A DNA stretch of 64,000 bases. It comes from the human T2T-CHM13v2.0 reference genome, Homo sapiens. Below the pieces are notes generated by a model. It had not been told where the DNA came from. It ran no database searches and saw nothing but the letters and a program-made list of their open reading frames with translations. The DNA lies in assembly GCF_009914755.1 (NCBI RefSeq), contig NC_060943.1, one strand, 5' to 3'. A program made the position numbers and the translations under genes. Within the stretch, counting starts at the first letter, position 1. Every line of letters starts with the position of its first letter. Below are positions 1-18,102 of the stretch, piece by piece.

Positions 1-210
<210 letters not shown>

Positions 211-561
211 TGACCAGGCTGGTCTGAAACTCCTGACCTCAAGTGATCTACCCGCCTCGGCCTCCCAAAATGCTGGGATTAGAGGCGTGAGCCACCGTGT
301 CTGGCCCACTTTCATTGCTTCTGATAACTGCTCCACCCAGCTTGCCTATTGAAACTGAACCTCTGCCCCTTCTGTTCTCTGCAAGAACTGGTGGGGCATG
401 GGCGGAGGCATTGGCAAGACCCTTTGGGATGCCTCCTTCGCAGGGAGTGAGTTCTGGTCATTTGAAGCGACAGGACAGCGGCAGCAAGGACACAAGGCCA
501 CAGAAACAGGCCCAGAACTAACGAGGCTGCACCAGGGGACAGATCACGAGAGACAGAATAT

Positions 562-595
<34 letters not shown>

Positions 596-609
596 AAGAT
601 AGAGAGAGA
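562..609. repeat. (GA)n microsatellite; (TC)n on the pre-mRNA directly after the 24a donor
   Basis: Direct reading. Confidence 0.95.
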
Positions 610-615
610 CTTTAC

Positions 616-627
616 CGTGTACTGCTC
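616..627 (-). CDS. CACNA1A: CACNA1A alternative microexon 24a (12 nt, inserts SSTR in the IIIS3-S4 linker)
   Basis: Minus strand reads tctccctccgatgccacatcaccag|GAGCAGTACACG|gtaaag. It is phase 2/2 after exon 24 (AC|G AGC AGT ACA CG = T-S-S-T-R), matching the known Cav2.1 e24a tetrapeptide. Confidence 0.9.
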
Positions 628-1120
628 CTGGTGATGTGGCATCGGAGGGAGAGACAGATCGTAAGTGGCCTCAGAAAAAAGAACACAGAACACGCACGTA
701 CACACACGCACCCCTGAGCACCCCCGAGTCCCGCCCGGGCAGCAGTTGGGGGAGCCTCAGGCTCATGGCGCTGGCCGATGTCCATCCTTCCATCTGGAAG
801 CCGCCCCCACCTCCATTCAGTCCCCCGCCCTTGGCAGGCACCTGGCACTGCCCAAGAAAGCACTAAGAAAGCCAAATTTCCAGGTAGCAGGACAGCTGCA
901 AAGCTGTCAGTTACCAAAGGTGAATTCACCACGGAAAGTCACTGCCAAGAGCCGGAGAAACCCCTCTTCTCCAGGCGTTGTGGAGCTGCAAGGTTTTAGA
1001 ATGTCTAAAAGGTTGTGAGCTTTGAAGTTGAGGGGACCTGGGTTTGAATCCTGACTCTGCCTCTCGTTATCCTCATCTGCAAAACAGGCCCAGACTGGGT
1101 GCCGTGGCTCACAGCTATAA

Positions 1121-1375
<255 letters not shown>

Positions 1376-1866
1376 TAGAGACGGGGGTCTCATTATGTTG
1401 CTCAGGCTGGTCTCAAACTCCTGGGCTCAAGTGATCCTCCTGCCTAGGCCTCCCAGAGCGCTGGGATTACAAGTGTGAGCCACTGCATCCTGGGCAAGAC
1501 TCTGTCTCTTAAAACAAACAACCAACCAACTCAGGTCTGTGGAATTCTGATGTTTGATTAACAAAAGCTATGGCCTTGGCTTTGCTCTTTATGAAGGAGG
1601 GGGTCAGCAAAGAGTTCTGACTTGGGATGGAATTAGAAGCAACTCTGAAGCCCTCTGAGCAAATGCGGGCCTGGGGAAAGCTATCAGCACCTAGCAGCTG
1701 GTCCTCTCGTGATTCATTGGAATCAGGCTTGGGGCTCATTAGGCGCCTTCAACAATGACTGGAGATCCAGGTTAGAAAGACTTGACCGCCATCAGAATGG
1801 CGGAAACCCTGTCGCCAAGCGGACTCTATGGAATTTTCCATCCACGACCCCTCTGGAAGTTAGTGA

Positions 1867-2028
<162 letters not shown>

Positions 2029-2447
2029 TAATTTTTTTTGTATTTTTAGTAGAGATGGGGTTTCACCGTGTTAGCCAGGATGGTCTCCATCTCTTGACCT
2101 CGTGATCCGCCCACCTTGGCCTCCCAAAGTGCTAGGATTACAGGTGTGAGCCACCGCGCCCGGCTGTGATATTTTTTAAAACACAGAATGGTTTAAATGT
2201 CTACAAATATTCCAAGTGGATTCTCCTCCACACCCCCTCATCTCCTTTTCCTGTAGTCTGACTTGGGGTTCTCAAATTCAGTGTATCTAGGAATTATTGC
2301 ATACGTAGAATCATATAGATTCTACTTTTTTTTTTTTTTTTTTTTTTTTTGATGGATTCTCACTCTGTTGCCAGGCTGCCTCAGCCTTCCAAAGTGCTGG
2401 GATTACAGGCGTAAGCCACCGCACCCGGCTTTATTTTATATTTTTAG

Positions 2448-2603
<156 letters not shown>

Positions 2604-2930
2604 TGATTGAGGGAGTTTTCAATGACAGTGATTTTTGCCTAATCTGCTGACTTTAGGTTTAATATGGGAGTCTTCTGGACATCACTGCATTTGCCTATGG
2701 GAAGACAGCACCATTATGACCATTTTCCAGATGAGGAAGCTGAGGCCTAGAGAAAAAGAGTGACCTGCCCAAGGGCAGGCACACAGCTGGGAAGACAGAC
2801 TAAGATTCAAACCCAGGTGTGGGTATCTCGCACTCTAATCTTCTTTCCATTTCATCATACACAAGAAAAATAATGCCTTCAGGGGTGGGGGCTGTTTTGA
2901 AGATGAGGATCAAGAGATAGCAGCCTGAGG

Positions 2931-4183
2931 GCTCCATCTTTGGCTTCCTGACAGTTTGGCTCCTGGGTATGCAGGAGCAGCTTGATCAAGGCGCTCTGCC
3001 AGTTGCGGTCCTGCCTTTGGGGGAAGAACAGCCGCGCCAGATGGACTCTTGGCGGTGAGGGCAGGATCATGATCTGCCAGCTGCTGAGAAATGTCAGTTG
3101 GCCGCCCCGATGCATGGGCACAGAGCGTGATACCACGTGTGATGGCTCATGAAATGGGGTGTTTATGGTAGACGCATGGATACAAGGGACACAGTCAGTG
3201 AATTGAGCAGGACACACACACACAGATATTTGGGTGAGGTGCAGGAGGGGTGGACATCTTCAGAAGAGCTTCAATACATCCCTTGGTGGGACCACAGGGA
3301 TAGTTTTCTCCCATATCGGAGACGAGGCCACAATCACAGCACTGGGGGAAGAATCCTTGCTTTGACCCCAACAGGCCAGAATGGCAAGGTTCCTTTCAGC
3401 AAGGAAGGGAATAACCTTATGCTCCCTTCCCCTATTCCCTTCCCCTGGATCTCGCAGCCCTGCCAGGCCTCAAAGAACCCAGGCTGGCCAGGCTGCTGAG
3501 TATCATTCTGCTCACTGTGAGCCTCCGTATTCAGGGCTGGGAGATGGGCAGCATCTGACAGCTGAACCCAACCTCAGTGATCTTGTCGGACTTACTTCCC
3601 TCCACAGTCCCTCTGGGCTGCAGTTTCCTCATCTAGATGGGAAAAACTGAGGCACAGAGAGGCTAAAGGACTTGCACATCTAGAGAGAAATCAAACAGAC
3701 CTGGAGGGACAATTTCTTAAAACAATAAGGTCAATCTAATACTTGTGGGGCTCTCAGCCTTGTCTATGAGGGGATATGCACAGAGGACAGACAAAGCAAG
3801 TTAAAAGACCAGAAAGGAAATAAGCAGAGGACCCTGGGGTGGGGGGTGGGGGGCGGGTGGAGAGTTCAGCGCTCAGGCTGAGAACCTCAGAGCATCCATG
3901 CTCCTTCCAATGTGCCAACTATCCGATAACAAGGAAAGACAATAAGCAAAGTCCTCATAGGGTGAGAGACCTTCTCAGGCAAAAGAGGCCAGAAACCTGT
4001 AACGGGGAGAAGATTCCAAAACTTTTTAGGGAAAAAAGCAGTAGCTCCTATTCTGGTTTTCTAGCAGTTTGGCTCTTAGGTGTGCAGGAATGGCTTGATC
4101 AAGGCACCTGGCCAGCTGTGCTGGGCCTGCAGCCCTGCCCTGGGGGAGGAACAGCAGTACCAGATGGACTCTTGACAGTGGGG
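2931..4183 (+). repeat. Diverged direct repeat pair, 2931-3060 and 4044-4183
   Basis: Shared colinear blocks cagtttggctc, gcttgatcaaggc, ggggga-gaacagc, ccagatggactcttg. Confidence 0.8.
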
Positions 4184-4591
4184 TGGGGAGGGTGTGGTAG
4201 GCGTGAGGTTTGAGGGTCTCCTCTCTCATCCCTTCGGCCATGATATAAAGATGCTCCCTGTTGGACTCATGTCCATCGGCTCTTCCAAAACCCTGGGAGA
4301 GTCCCAGGCACTTGCCAGGATCCCACTGGCAAAATCTCACACCTCCCAGTTCCTGCATGATCTACAAGCCTGCCAGGGTTGACAGGATGGCCTGAAATCC
4401 CTATCCAGATCCTTTTCTTGCATAAGAATTAAAACAACAACATTCAAAATGGATTTTCAAGAGTGAAGGGTGGCTTTATGCCTGTACCAATTTCATGAGA
4501 ACAATGTAAAAGCTTGACTCTGCAAACAGGCTGCCAAATTCCTGTGAGTTGTAGGCCAATTTTGAATGCCCTTGTATAACTTGATATTTAA

Positions 4592-7475
<2,884 letters not shown>

Positions 7476-8111
7476 TTGCTCTAGTAGTCAAATAGACACT
7501 GAAAAGCTTTGAGGAGAGGGAAGGATGTGGGGAGGGAGAGGAGAAGAGAAAAAGAAAAGAGTAAACGAACAAAAAGAGAGGAGAAAGAGGAGGAAGGAGT
7601 GAAAGAGAAAGAGAAAGAAGTATAATCAGCCTCCCAACCTTCATGATACATCTCCAGCTCTGAGGCATCCAAAAACTCTGGAGATTTTTTGTTCTAACAC
7701 AACTTGACCTCATTGTGTTCCCAGAGAAGAATCTAAGTGTGGCCTACTTAACAGCCCTTCTACTGGAAATGGGCCACTATTTTGGCCCTCCTGACAAACC
7801 AAGTCCTCATTGTTTGGTGAGGGAGACCATTCAAGGGCCCCTCCAGATTGGCTCAGGAGGGAGCCTAGAGGCAGAGGCACAGGAGGAAGCCCCTGATTCT
7901 CTCACGATGGGAGTGAATGTGTCAAGATCCTTTCAAAACCTGTCAGGGAATCATTCACCATGATGGGCACAGCCAGGGTCCCCAAGATTTGTTTCTTGAT
8001 TAAAGACTGATTAGATATTTTTCATCCCGCTCCAAATGTCTACAACTTCAGGAATGTACTGCTAAGTCTGCTATCAGGGCCCTAAGGGCTAATGGCCACT
8101 CACCTGTTGGG

Positions 8112-8756
8112 TACCATCTTGAAATAGTCACCCAGAACTTGGGGGCCATTTTGAAATGGTTGCCCTAGAACTTGGGTGCCATTTTGGAATGGTTACCCAG
8201 AACTAGGGTGCCACCTTGAGATGGCTGCCCAGAACTTGGGGGTCACCTTCGAGTAGCCATCCAAGACTTGGGGACCGTCTTGGAATGGCTACCCAGAACT
8301 TGAAGGCCACCTTGGAACTCAGGGACCATGTAAGAATGGCCACCAAGAATCCAGAGGCCATCTTAGCATGGTAGCCCAGAAATCAGAGGCCATCTTGGAA
8401 TAGCCACCCAGAACTTGGATGCCACCTTGGAATGGTTGCCCAGAACTTGGGGGCCACCCTGGAACTCAGGGGCCATCTTGCAATGGCTGCCTAGAACTTG
8501 GGGCCATCTTGGAATAGCCACCCAGAGCTTGGGGACCATCCTGGAATGGCTACCCAGAACTTGAAGGTCACCTTGGAACTCAGGGACCATCTAAGAATGA
8601 CCACCCCAAATTCAGAGGCCATCTTGGAATGATAGCTCAGAACTCAGGGGCCATCTTGGAATGGCCACCCAGAACTTGGATGCCATCTTGGGATGACTAC
8701 TAAGAGCTTGGGTGCCATCCTGAAATGGCTGCCTACAACTGGGGCGCCATCTTGGA
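8112..8756 (+). repeat. Degenerate minisatellite, ~32-bp unit GCCATCTTGGAATGGCTACCCAGAACTTGGGG, about 20 units
   Basis: GCCATNTT recurs at 8145, 8178, 8357, 8389, 8472, 8503, 8618, 8650, 8682, 8746; neighbouring units are 31-33 bp apart. Confidence 0.93.
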
Positions 8757-9281
8757 GCTGCAGGATGACACATGGCCTTTCAGAGGGCAGAGAATCCTAG
8801 GACTGCCAGGAGAAGTGAAAGACACACAAAGGGAGTCACCAGGTCTACAACTACGGGGCCTTCAGGCATAGGGAGGGGGTCAGAATTCTCATGCACATTC
8901 GTTTCCTGATTGTCTCTTTAGGGACTTTCCAAAGAGACAGCGGTTTGGGCGGCGCTTGTGGAGTAGTAGGGGGATGAGATGTTCCGGCGAGGCTAGTCTA
9001 CAGGAAGCTGCACAGCAAGGGGCCAGTGATGTGGCTGAGGCCCGTTGCTGTGTGAGGAGGTAGAAGGTTGGCAGGAGGGGGGGTCCCTTCTCCTTCTTCC
9101 TCCATGGACATCATGCAAAAAGCCATCGAAGCTCTTCCTGGTGGCATGCTGATATCTCCCACGTCCCCGGAGCCCACACACCCCATCCCTAGACCCTGAG
9201 AACATGTCCTGTAATCCGATGTGTGGCCCAGGCTGGGGGTTGGGGGAAAAGAGGCAAGAGGAACCCTTGCGAGGAGACTTA

Positions 9282-9500
<219 letters not shown>

Positions 9501-10503
9501 TCATCTTGCAGGGATGGGCAGTGGCCAGAGGACTCCAGGGAGGAGTGGGGAGCCCCTGCCCCATGAGGCGGCCCCCCTTTGCCTGATGGAAGCCAGCTCT
9601 GGCTTGCCGGCTCTTAGATCCAAACTTTGGGATCCTCTTTGATGCCTCTTTGTCCCAAATCCCTCATTGGTGGCTCTATCAGCAAAACTCACTGGCTCTA
9701 TTTCCAGAACCTTCCAAGAATCTGTCCACTTCTCACCTCTTCTTTGGTCACCAGCCTGATCCTGTCCCCGTCATCGCCCATGGGGACCAGTGTGATCACC
9801 TGCTCACAGGTCCTCTGGCTTCCCACAGATGCCAAAGGGCACCTGTGAACACCTGGATCAAGTCCCTCCTCTGCTCAGAACACTCTATGGCCCTCACCTC
9901 ACTCAAAGTAAGAGCCGAAGAGCCCTCTCTGTGATCCCCGGCACAAGGTGCCCCCTCACCTCCCCACTCATCTCTCTGTCCTTCGTTTCCCCACTGTTCT
10001 CTCACTCCGCCCAGCCACACCAGCTTCCTTGCTGCTCTTCAAACACACCAGGCATTTCTAATCCTCTGGGAGACTCATCCTCTCAAGGGGGGCATTCTTG
10101 GAGGCTCAGGATCTCCTGGAATCCCAGCTCTTTTTTTTTTTTTTTTTTTTTTGACAGAGTCTCGCTGTGTCACCCAGGCTGGAATGCAGTGGCAAGATCT
10201 CGGCTCACTGCAGCCTCCACATCGGCTCATTGCAGCCTAGGGTTCAAGTGATTCTCCTGCCTCAGCCTCCCGAGTAGCTGGGATTACAGACATGTGCCAC
10301 CATGCCCGGCTAATTTTTGTATTTTTAGTAGAGATGGGGTTTCACCATGTTGGCCAGGCTGGCCTCAACCTCCTGATCTCAAGTGATCTGCCTGCCTCAG
10401 CCTCCCAAAGTGCTGGGATTACAGGCATGATCCACTGTGCCCAGCCCTGCACTTGCTTAAAAAAAAAAATTACCGTGTGTTCTCACTTATAATCTGCACT
10501 CAC

Positions 10504-10563
10504 CTTGATCACCATCTCAAAGGTAAAGACGCCTGTAAAAACGTAGTCAAAGTATCGCAGCAC
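10504..10563 (-). CDS. CACNA1A: CACNA1A exon 23 (60 nt; IIIS2)
   Basis: ttacag|GTGCTG...ATCAAG|gtgagt; [20 protein letters not shown]. Confidence 0.98.
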
Positions 10564-10768
10564 CTGTAAGGGATAAAAGCAAGAGAGCAGTGGATCACTG
10601 GCCTGTTCCAGCAGAGCCCCGGTAAAACTAACGATCGCCTACTGGGGAGCAGAGTTTCTACCCAGAAGAGGAAACACAGCTGCTATATACAGTTGCGCAG
10701 GGCGTGCACTGCACAAGGGCCCCTCCCATCTCTTTTCATACTGCAGATTTGTATGTTGTGAATGAAAT

Positions 10769-10787
10769 TGTCCAGCAGATGGCAGCA
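10769..10787 (+). promoter_or_regulatory. CTCF-like motif in a MER91-like element
   Basis: TGTCCAGCAGATGGCAGCA fits CCASYAGRKGGCRS. Confidence 0.55.
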
Positions 10788-11332
10788 AATCCTAACAAAA
10801 AAATCACTGTACTAGGCCAGTTCGCTAACCCACGGGAAGGGTACCTTTTAAAATTTGCCCCAAGCCCTGTAGTGGATTAGAAGCGGCCCCAGAGAAGTTC
10901 AGGGCTGACTGTATCCTTCTTGGTGATGGATCTAATCCCCCAGTACCCTTGCTTTCCTGGGCATCCTGGGCGAGAAATAGTTGCTACGTGGTTTTTTTAA
11001 ACACTGGGGCCAACTTCCTGCCACGGCATCTCTTCCTGCTTCAAGGCCAAGCCCCTGCCAGGGTAGGTTGATTTTTCCTGTGCCCCTCCCCAGGCCTGAT
11101 GTTTCTGCCTGGACGAGCAATGTCCTCTGGCCCAGCCCCTGTCCAGGACACACCATAGCACACCTCTGGTGTCACCCAGGCCTGAAGATGAGGGTGCGCC
11201 GGCACAGTGTCTGGCTGGTGCTAGACATGGGGTGGACACCGGCTGGGCACGGTGGCTCGAGCCTGTAATCCCAGCACTTTGGGAGGCTGAGGCAGGCAGA
11301 TCACTTGAGGTCAGGAGTTCGAGACCAGCCTA

Positions 11333-12180
<848 letters not shown>

Positions 12181-12929
12181 TCAACAGTTGGGGCTGTACT
12201 GGGTCCTGGAGGAGCTGGGCTCTGTGATCTGTGTGGTTATAACTTATATTCCTGTTATATGTGGTGCTTGAAGAGGAATCAGAGACCAGAGTGCCTGGGG
12301 TCAGGGTGAGGTGACTTCCTGGAGGGAGGGGCTGGTGCAAGGGGATTGGCTTGAAAGACCTGGGTGGGCAGAGGGGATGGTGGTGGGAGAGTATTTCAGG
12401 TGCACGAGGCAGTGGGCACAGCCTGGTCAAAGGCCTGGTGGTTTGTGGGCTCTGGGAGTGCAGGGACCATCTCATACCCTGTCAATCCTCCCTGGCTCGC
12501 TCAGTACCTGGCACATAGTAGTTGCTTATCAAATACTTACTAAAGGAATGAATGGAAGGAAAGAAGGAAGAGAGGGAGCTGGGAAAGGGCAGGCCGTGGG
12601 GGTCAGGTGAATCTAATTCTGGAGCTCTTAATAAGCTGTGCAAGAGGAAATCAAAAGACCAATAAATTAGGTTCAAGTATTCCTAATACTTAGATCTTTT
12701 TCATCTATTTGAAAATGTTATTTCCTGTGGCTCAGTCTAATCCAAAAAAGTGCTTGATCTCATTCATTACAGGGAAATGCCAAGCACAACCCCAATAAGA
12801 TCTCACTCCACACCCAGCAGATCGGCCAAATGAAACAGTCGACAGTACCAAGTGTTGACAAGGATGTGGAAGAACAGGAGTTCCCATGAGCTACTGGTGC
12901 AAGGGCCACTGCGTTCATTTATTTTTTAA

Positions 12930-13529
<600 letters not shown>

Positions 13530-13811
13530 TAAACATTCAAGCTGCATTTACTGAGGCCAACCACTTGCAAATTATATGCTCTAGAAACTTCGCTTTTGGT
13601 TTATACCCTGGAGGAATTCTTATTTATTGAGACAGGGTCTCGCTCTGTCACCCAGGTTGGAGTGCAGTGGTATGAACATGGATCACTACAGCCTTGACCT
13701 TCCAGACCCAAGTGATCCTCCCACCTCAGCCTCCCAAGTGGCTGGGACCACAGGTGTGCACCACCACGCTCGGTTAATTAAAAAAAAAAAAATTTTTTTT
13801 TTTTTTGGTAG

Positions 13812-13967
<156 letters not shown>

Positions 13968-14002
13968 TGAGGGGCGTGGCATGGGGACAGTATTCACACT
14001 TA

Positions 14003-14429
<427 letters not shown>

Positions 14430-14649
14430 TCATTTAATGCGAAGCATAGAAGTGTCTCATTTATTGAATGTTACAGAAGAGCAAACATAAATTCAGTTTT
14501 TAAGAATTGGCCAGTGTTGGCCAATTACAGGCATGTAAGAATTGGAATTACATGCCTGTAATTCCAGAGCTCTGGGAATCTGAGGAGGGAGGATTGCTTG
14601 AGGTCAAGAGTTCGAGACCAGCCTGGCAACATAGCGAGGCCCGTTTCTA

Positions 14650-14871
<222 letters not shown>

Positions 14872-14907
14872 TCATTCCAGAAGCTGGGGTCGTGGTTACC
14901 GGTAAGG

Positions 14908-15085
14908 CAGGGTTTCTCAAGCTGGGCTCTGTGGACATTTGGGTCTGGATCATCCTCTAGAGTGGGGGCTGTCCTGGGCATCGGCGGGTGCTGAGCAACA
15001 TCCCTGGCCTCCACCCACCAGATGCCAGGAGCACCTCCCCCCTCCTGTCGTGACAACCAAAAATGTCTCCAGACAGTGTCCCCAG
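14908..15085 (+). mobile_element. MER20 (hAT-Charlie); second copy at ~38957-39168
   Basis: ggggctgtcctg...gcatccctggcctccacccaccagatgccag...gtgacaaccaaaaatgtctccagaca. Confidence 0.85.
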
Positions 15086-16674
15086 CAGCTCTAGAGGGAA
15101 AGAAGGCGGTGGGGGTGGGGGATCGAGGAGGCACATGCCGCGTGGGGCGTTTTTGTTCTATTTCTTGCCCTGGATGGTGGTTACGTGGTGTGAACGTTAT
15201 GGGGCCACAGTGTTCTTGTAGAGAAGTTTCGACTGCGAGATGGACGAGGGAGGGGGCCGGGGAGCTGAACGCTCTTTGCAAACAGTCCCTGGGGCCTGGT
15301 CTGAGCACTGCCTAGATTCCCTTCAGCCCTGGGAGCTGCCGTGCCCCCTGGATCATCCATGCCTGTGCCCTCCCTGCCGAAGGCAACGCCTTCTTCAGCA
15401 TCCTCGCGTCAGCAGGGGGTTTGTGGACCCCTCCAGGGACACCTCCTCCCCACGCCTGGCTCCTGGAGGCCCCTGGGGGAAACCAGGCTGCGGGAAGCAA
15501 CTAAGCGGACTGTGAGGAGGCTGAGCACTGGCTCTAGCTTCCTCCAGGAGCTGCGTTCTAATTATTTCCTTCCATCTCCCCCATCAGGTCCCCAGGGGGG
15601 CCTGCCAGGCCTGGGAAGGAAGGGAAAGTGCATGGTAAGCTGTGGGCGGGCTTGAGGGATGGGGCTCGCCAGCTTTGCCTGGGTCCTAACCTACTTAGCC
15701 AGGGCAGCAGAGCCTTGGACCAGCAGAAAACACACTTTTTTGGCTCTGGGTTGGGAGGGAAGGGTTGGGGGAGGGAGCTGGGGAGGGAAACAGGAGCCAC
15801 CAGTCCACCCTCTACCAGGCCCTGGGGTCAAGCCTCTGCCCGCAGCCCATGACTGAGGCACGCCCTTGCCTGTTGGTGCCTCGGTTTCCCCATCTCAACC
15901 ACAAGCATGCACTCATTCCTGCTTGTCAGGACTCAAAGGGGCTATGCACACCCATCCGTAGCATACAGTAGGTGATTAGTAAATGCAGACAGTTGGGGGA
16001 AGCAGTGGGAGCTTTGGGGGATGCAGAGTTGGAATTCTGCTGTGTGACCCTGGACAGGCCACTTACCACTCTCTCATTCCCCTGAGCCTCAGTTTTCCCA
16101 TCTGTCAAATGGGGATGCCTGGGCGGGGGGTTGGGGGGGCGCATTGTGAGGATTAAATGAGATACTGCATGCTGAGTTTCTTCCTGGGACACAGCAAGTG
16201 CTCAATTAACAGGGGTTGTCAACAGACCCACCATCCGCAAAGGGGCTTGCTTTCATAAAAACCAAAAGCTTAGGCTGTGTTTCTGAGCCAAATAGTTGTT
16301 TCTTTCAAAGCTTCGTGTACAAAGGGAAATGTCTACTGCGGAGGGGACCACCTCTGAGCACCGCCCCTGCCCCAGTAACCCCCCTATTCCATGTAGAGAA
16401 TGTGCAACATCCATATCCTGCTAGTCTCACGCCTCCATTAGAGAATCCAGCAATTTTCAGCCCCAGTCACTCTGGGCCACCTCCACCCCACCAGGCTCAC
16501 AGAGAAACTGCCTCAAGGAATGTCTTGCTCCCAAGAGCATCCCCAAGGAATCAGAGCTTCCCCTCTCAACCAGCAGCCATAAGGGCTATGCCTAGGGGTG
16601 ACCCCAACATCCCACCCTACCTATGAGCATTTTGGATGCAGGAGAAAGTGGCCTGAGGCAGAGCAGCCAGGCTA

Positions 16675-16902
<228 letters not shown>

Positions 16903-17234
16903 TCATGTTACCTACCACTACTGAGATCTCCAACCCCCAAGGCCTTCTACACAACAAACTATTAAACTCCTCCAGGTGGGGGCCCTCTCTGGGTCCTGGA
17001 ACCCCAAGAAGGCAGAGGGGACCTCGGTGAGAGAAGACATTCACATGCCCTGTTTAGCAAAGTTCCTATCACTCCCAAACGACCCTCTTGAAGTATCTTG
17101 ATCCCCAAGCTAGGTTGAAGAAATACGGTCCTTAATTCTGTAGGAGATAAAAAGGCTTTTCGATATTAAATGTCCCAGGGCCAAACAATATTGTGAATCT
17201 ATGGGTTAAGTAGATTTCTTTCTTTCTTTTTAAA

Positions 17235-17740
17235 AATTAGCTGTGTGACCTTGGGCAAGTTACTTGTCCCCTCTGTGCCTTGGTGCCCTCATCTGTAAAA
17301 TAGCCGTAATACTAGTGCTTACTTCACAAAATCATGAGACCCAAGACTTAATTTATGCCTGGCTCATGATAGGGGCTCCAAAAAGTTAGTTATTGAAATT
17401 ATGAATTGCAGGCCTTATCAGAGCCTTGAATGTGCCAATGGGATGTGCCAGTTAACCTCTTAATAAGTGGAGCCAATAATAAATAGTTCATAAGGTTGTG
17501 TGAATGGCAGCAGAGCTGAGTGGTTAAGAACAAGGAGGCTAGAGCCAGTGTCTGGGCTCAAACTCCAGCTCTCCCACTGGCTTGCTGTGTGACCTTGGGC
17601 AGGTGAATTCACGTCTCTGGACCTCAGTTTTTTCATCTGTCAAATGGAGCTAAGCATAGTAACAACCTCAGAGAAATTAAAAAAAATTTTAAGGCACTCA
17701 GAACAGTGCCTGGCACTGAGTAGATACCACATAAGTGTTT
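17235..17740 (+). mobile_element. MIR fragments (others at ~2710-2830, 16040-16205, 18740-18960, 24780-24920, 27225-27370)
   Basis: MIR core gctgtgtgaccttgggcaagttac...cctcagttt-ctcatctgtaaaat. Confidence 0.8.
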
Positions 17741-18102
17741 CCTTAGTAAAATCGATAAGTCAACTAAATAAAAAAGTACTTTAAAGGTACTTTTATTTAT
17801 TACTACCCAGGGTGAGTTGCCAAGAGGCAGATTATAGAAAGCAGCTTCTCCCCCATCTTATCTGACATGATCCTTCATTGTCAAGAAGCATTTTGAGCGG
17901 TCAGGCTTTCAAGAAATATCCCTGGGAGACATTCAATTCTAAAACAACCTCCGAGCCACTACGACATTCATGGGATAAATTTCTCCCCTAAATAGTCTAT
18001 CCATTTCAAAGATGCCCAAGACAGAAGGCCATGGAACTCAGACACTATCCGCCCAGAATCTAAACCCTTACAGAGTCTAGGTTAGAAACAGAGTTCAGGT
18101 CC

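Noticed and set aside
8112-8756. CRISPR-like periodic array
   Set aside because: Primate intron; units vary along their whole length with no unique spacers, so it is a minisatellite
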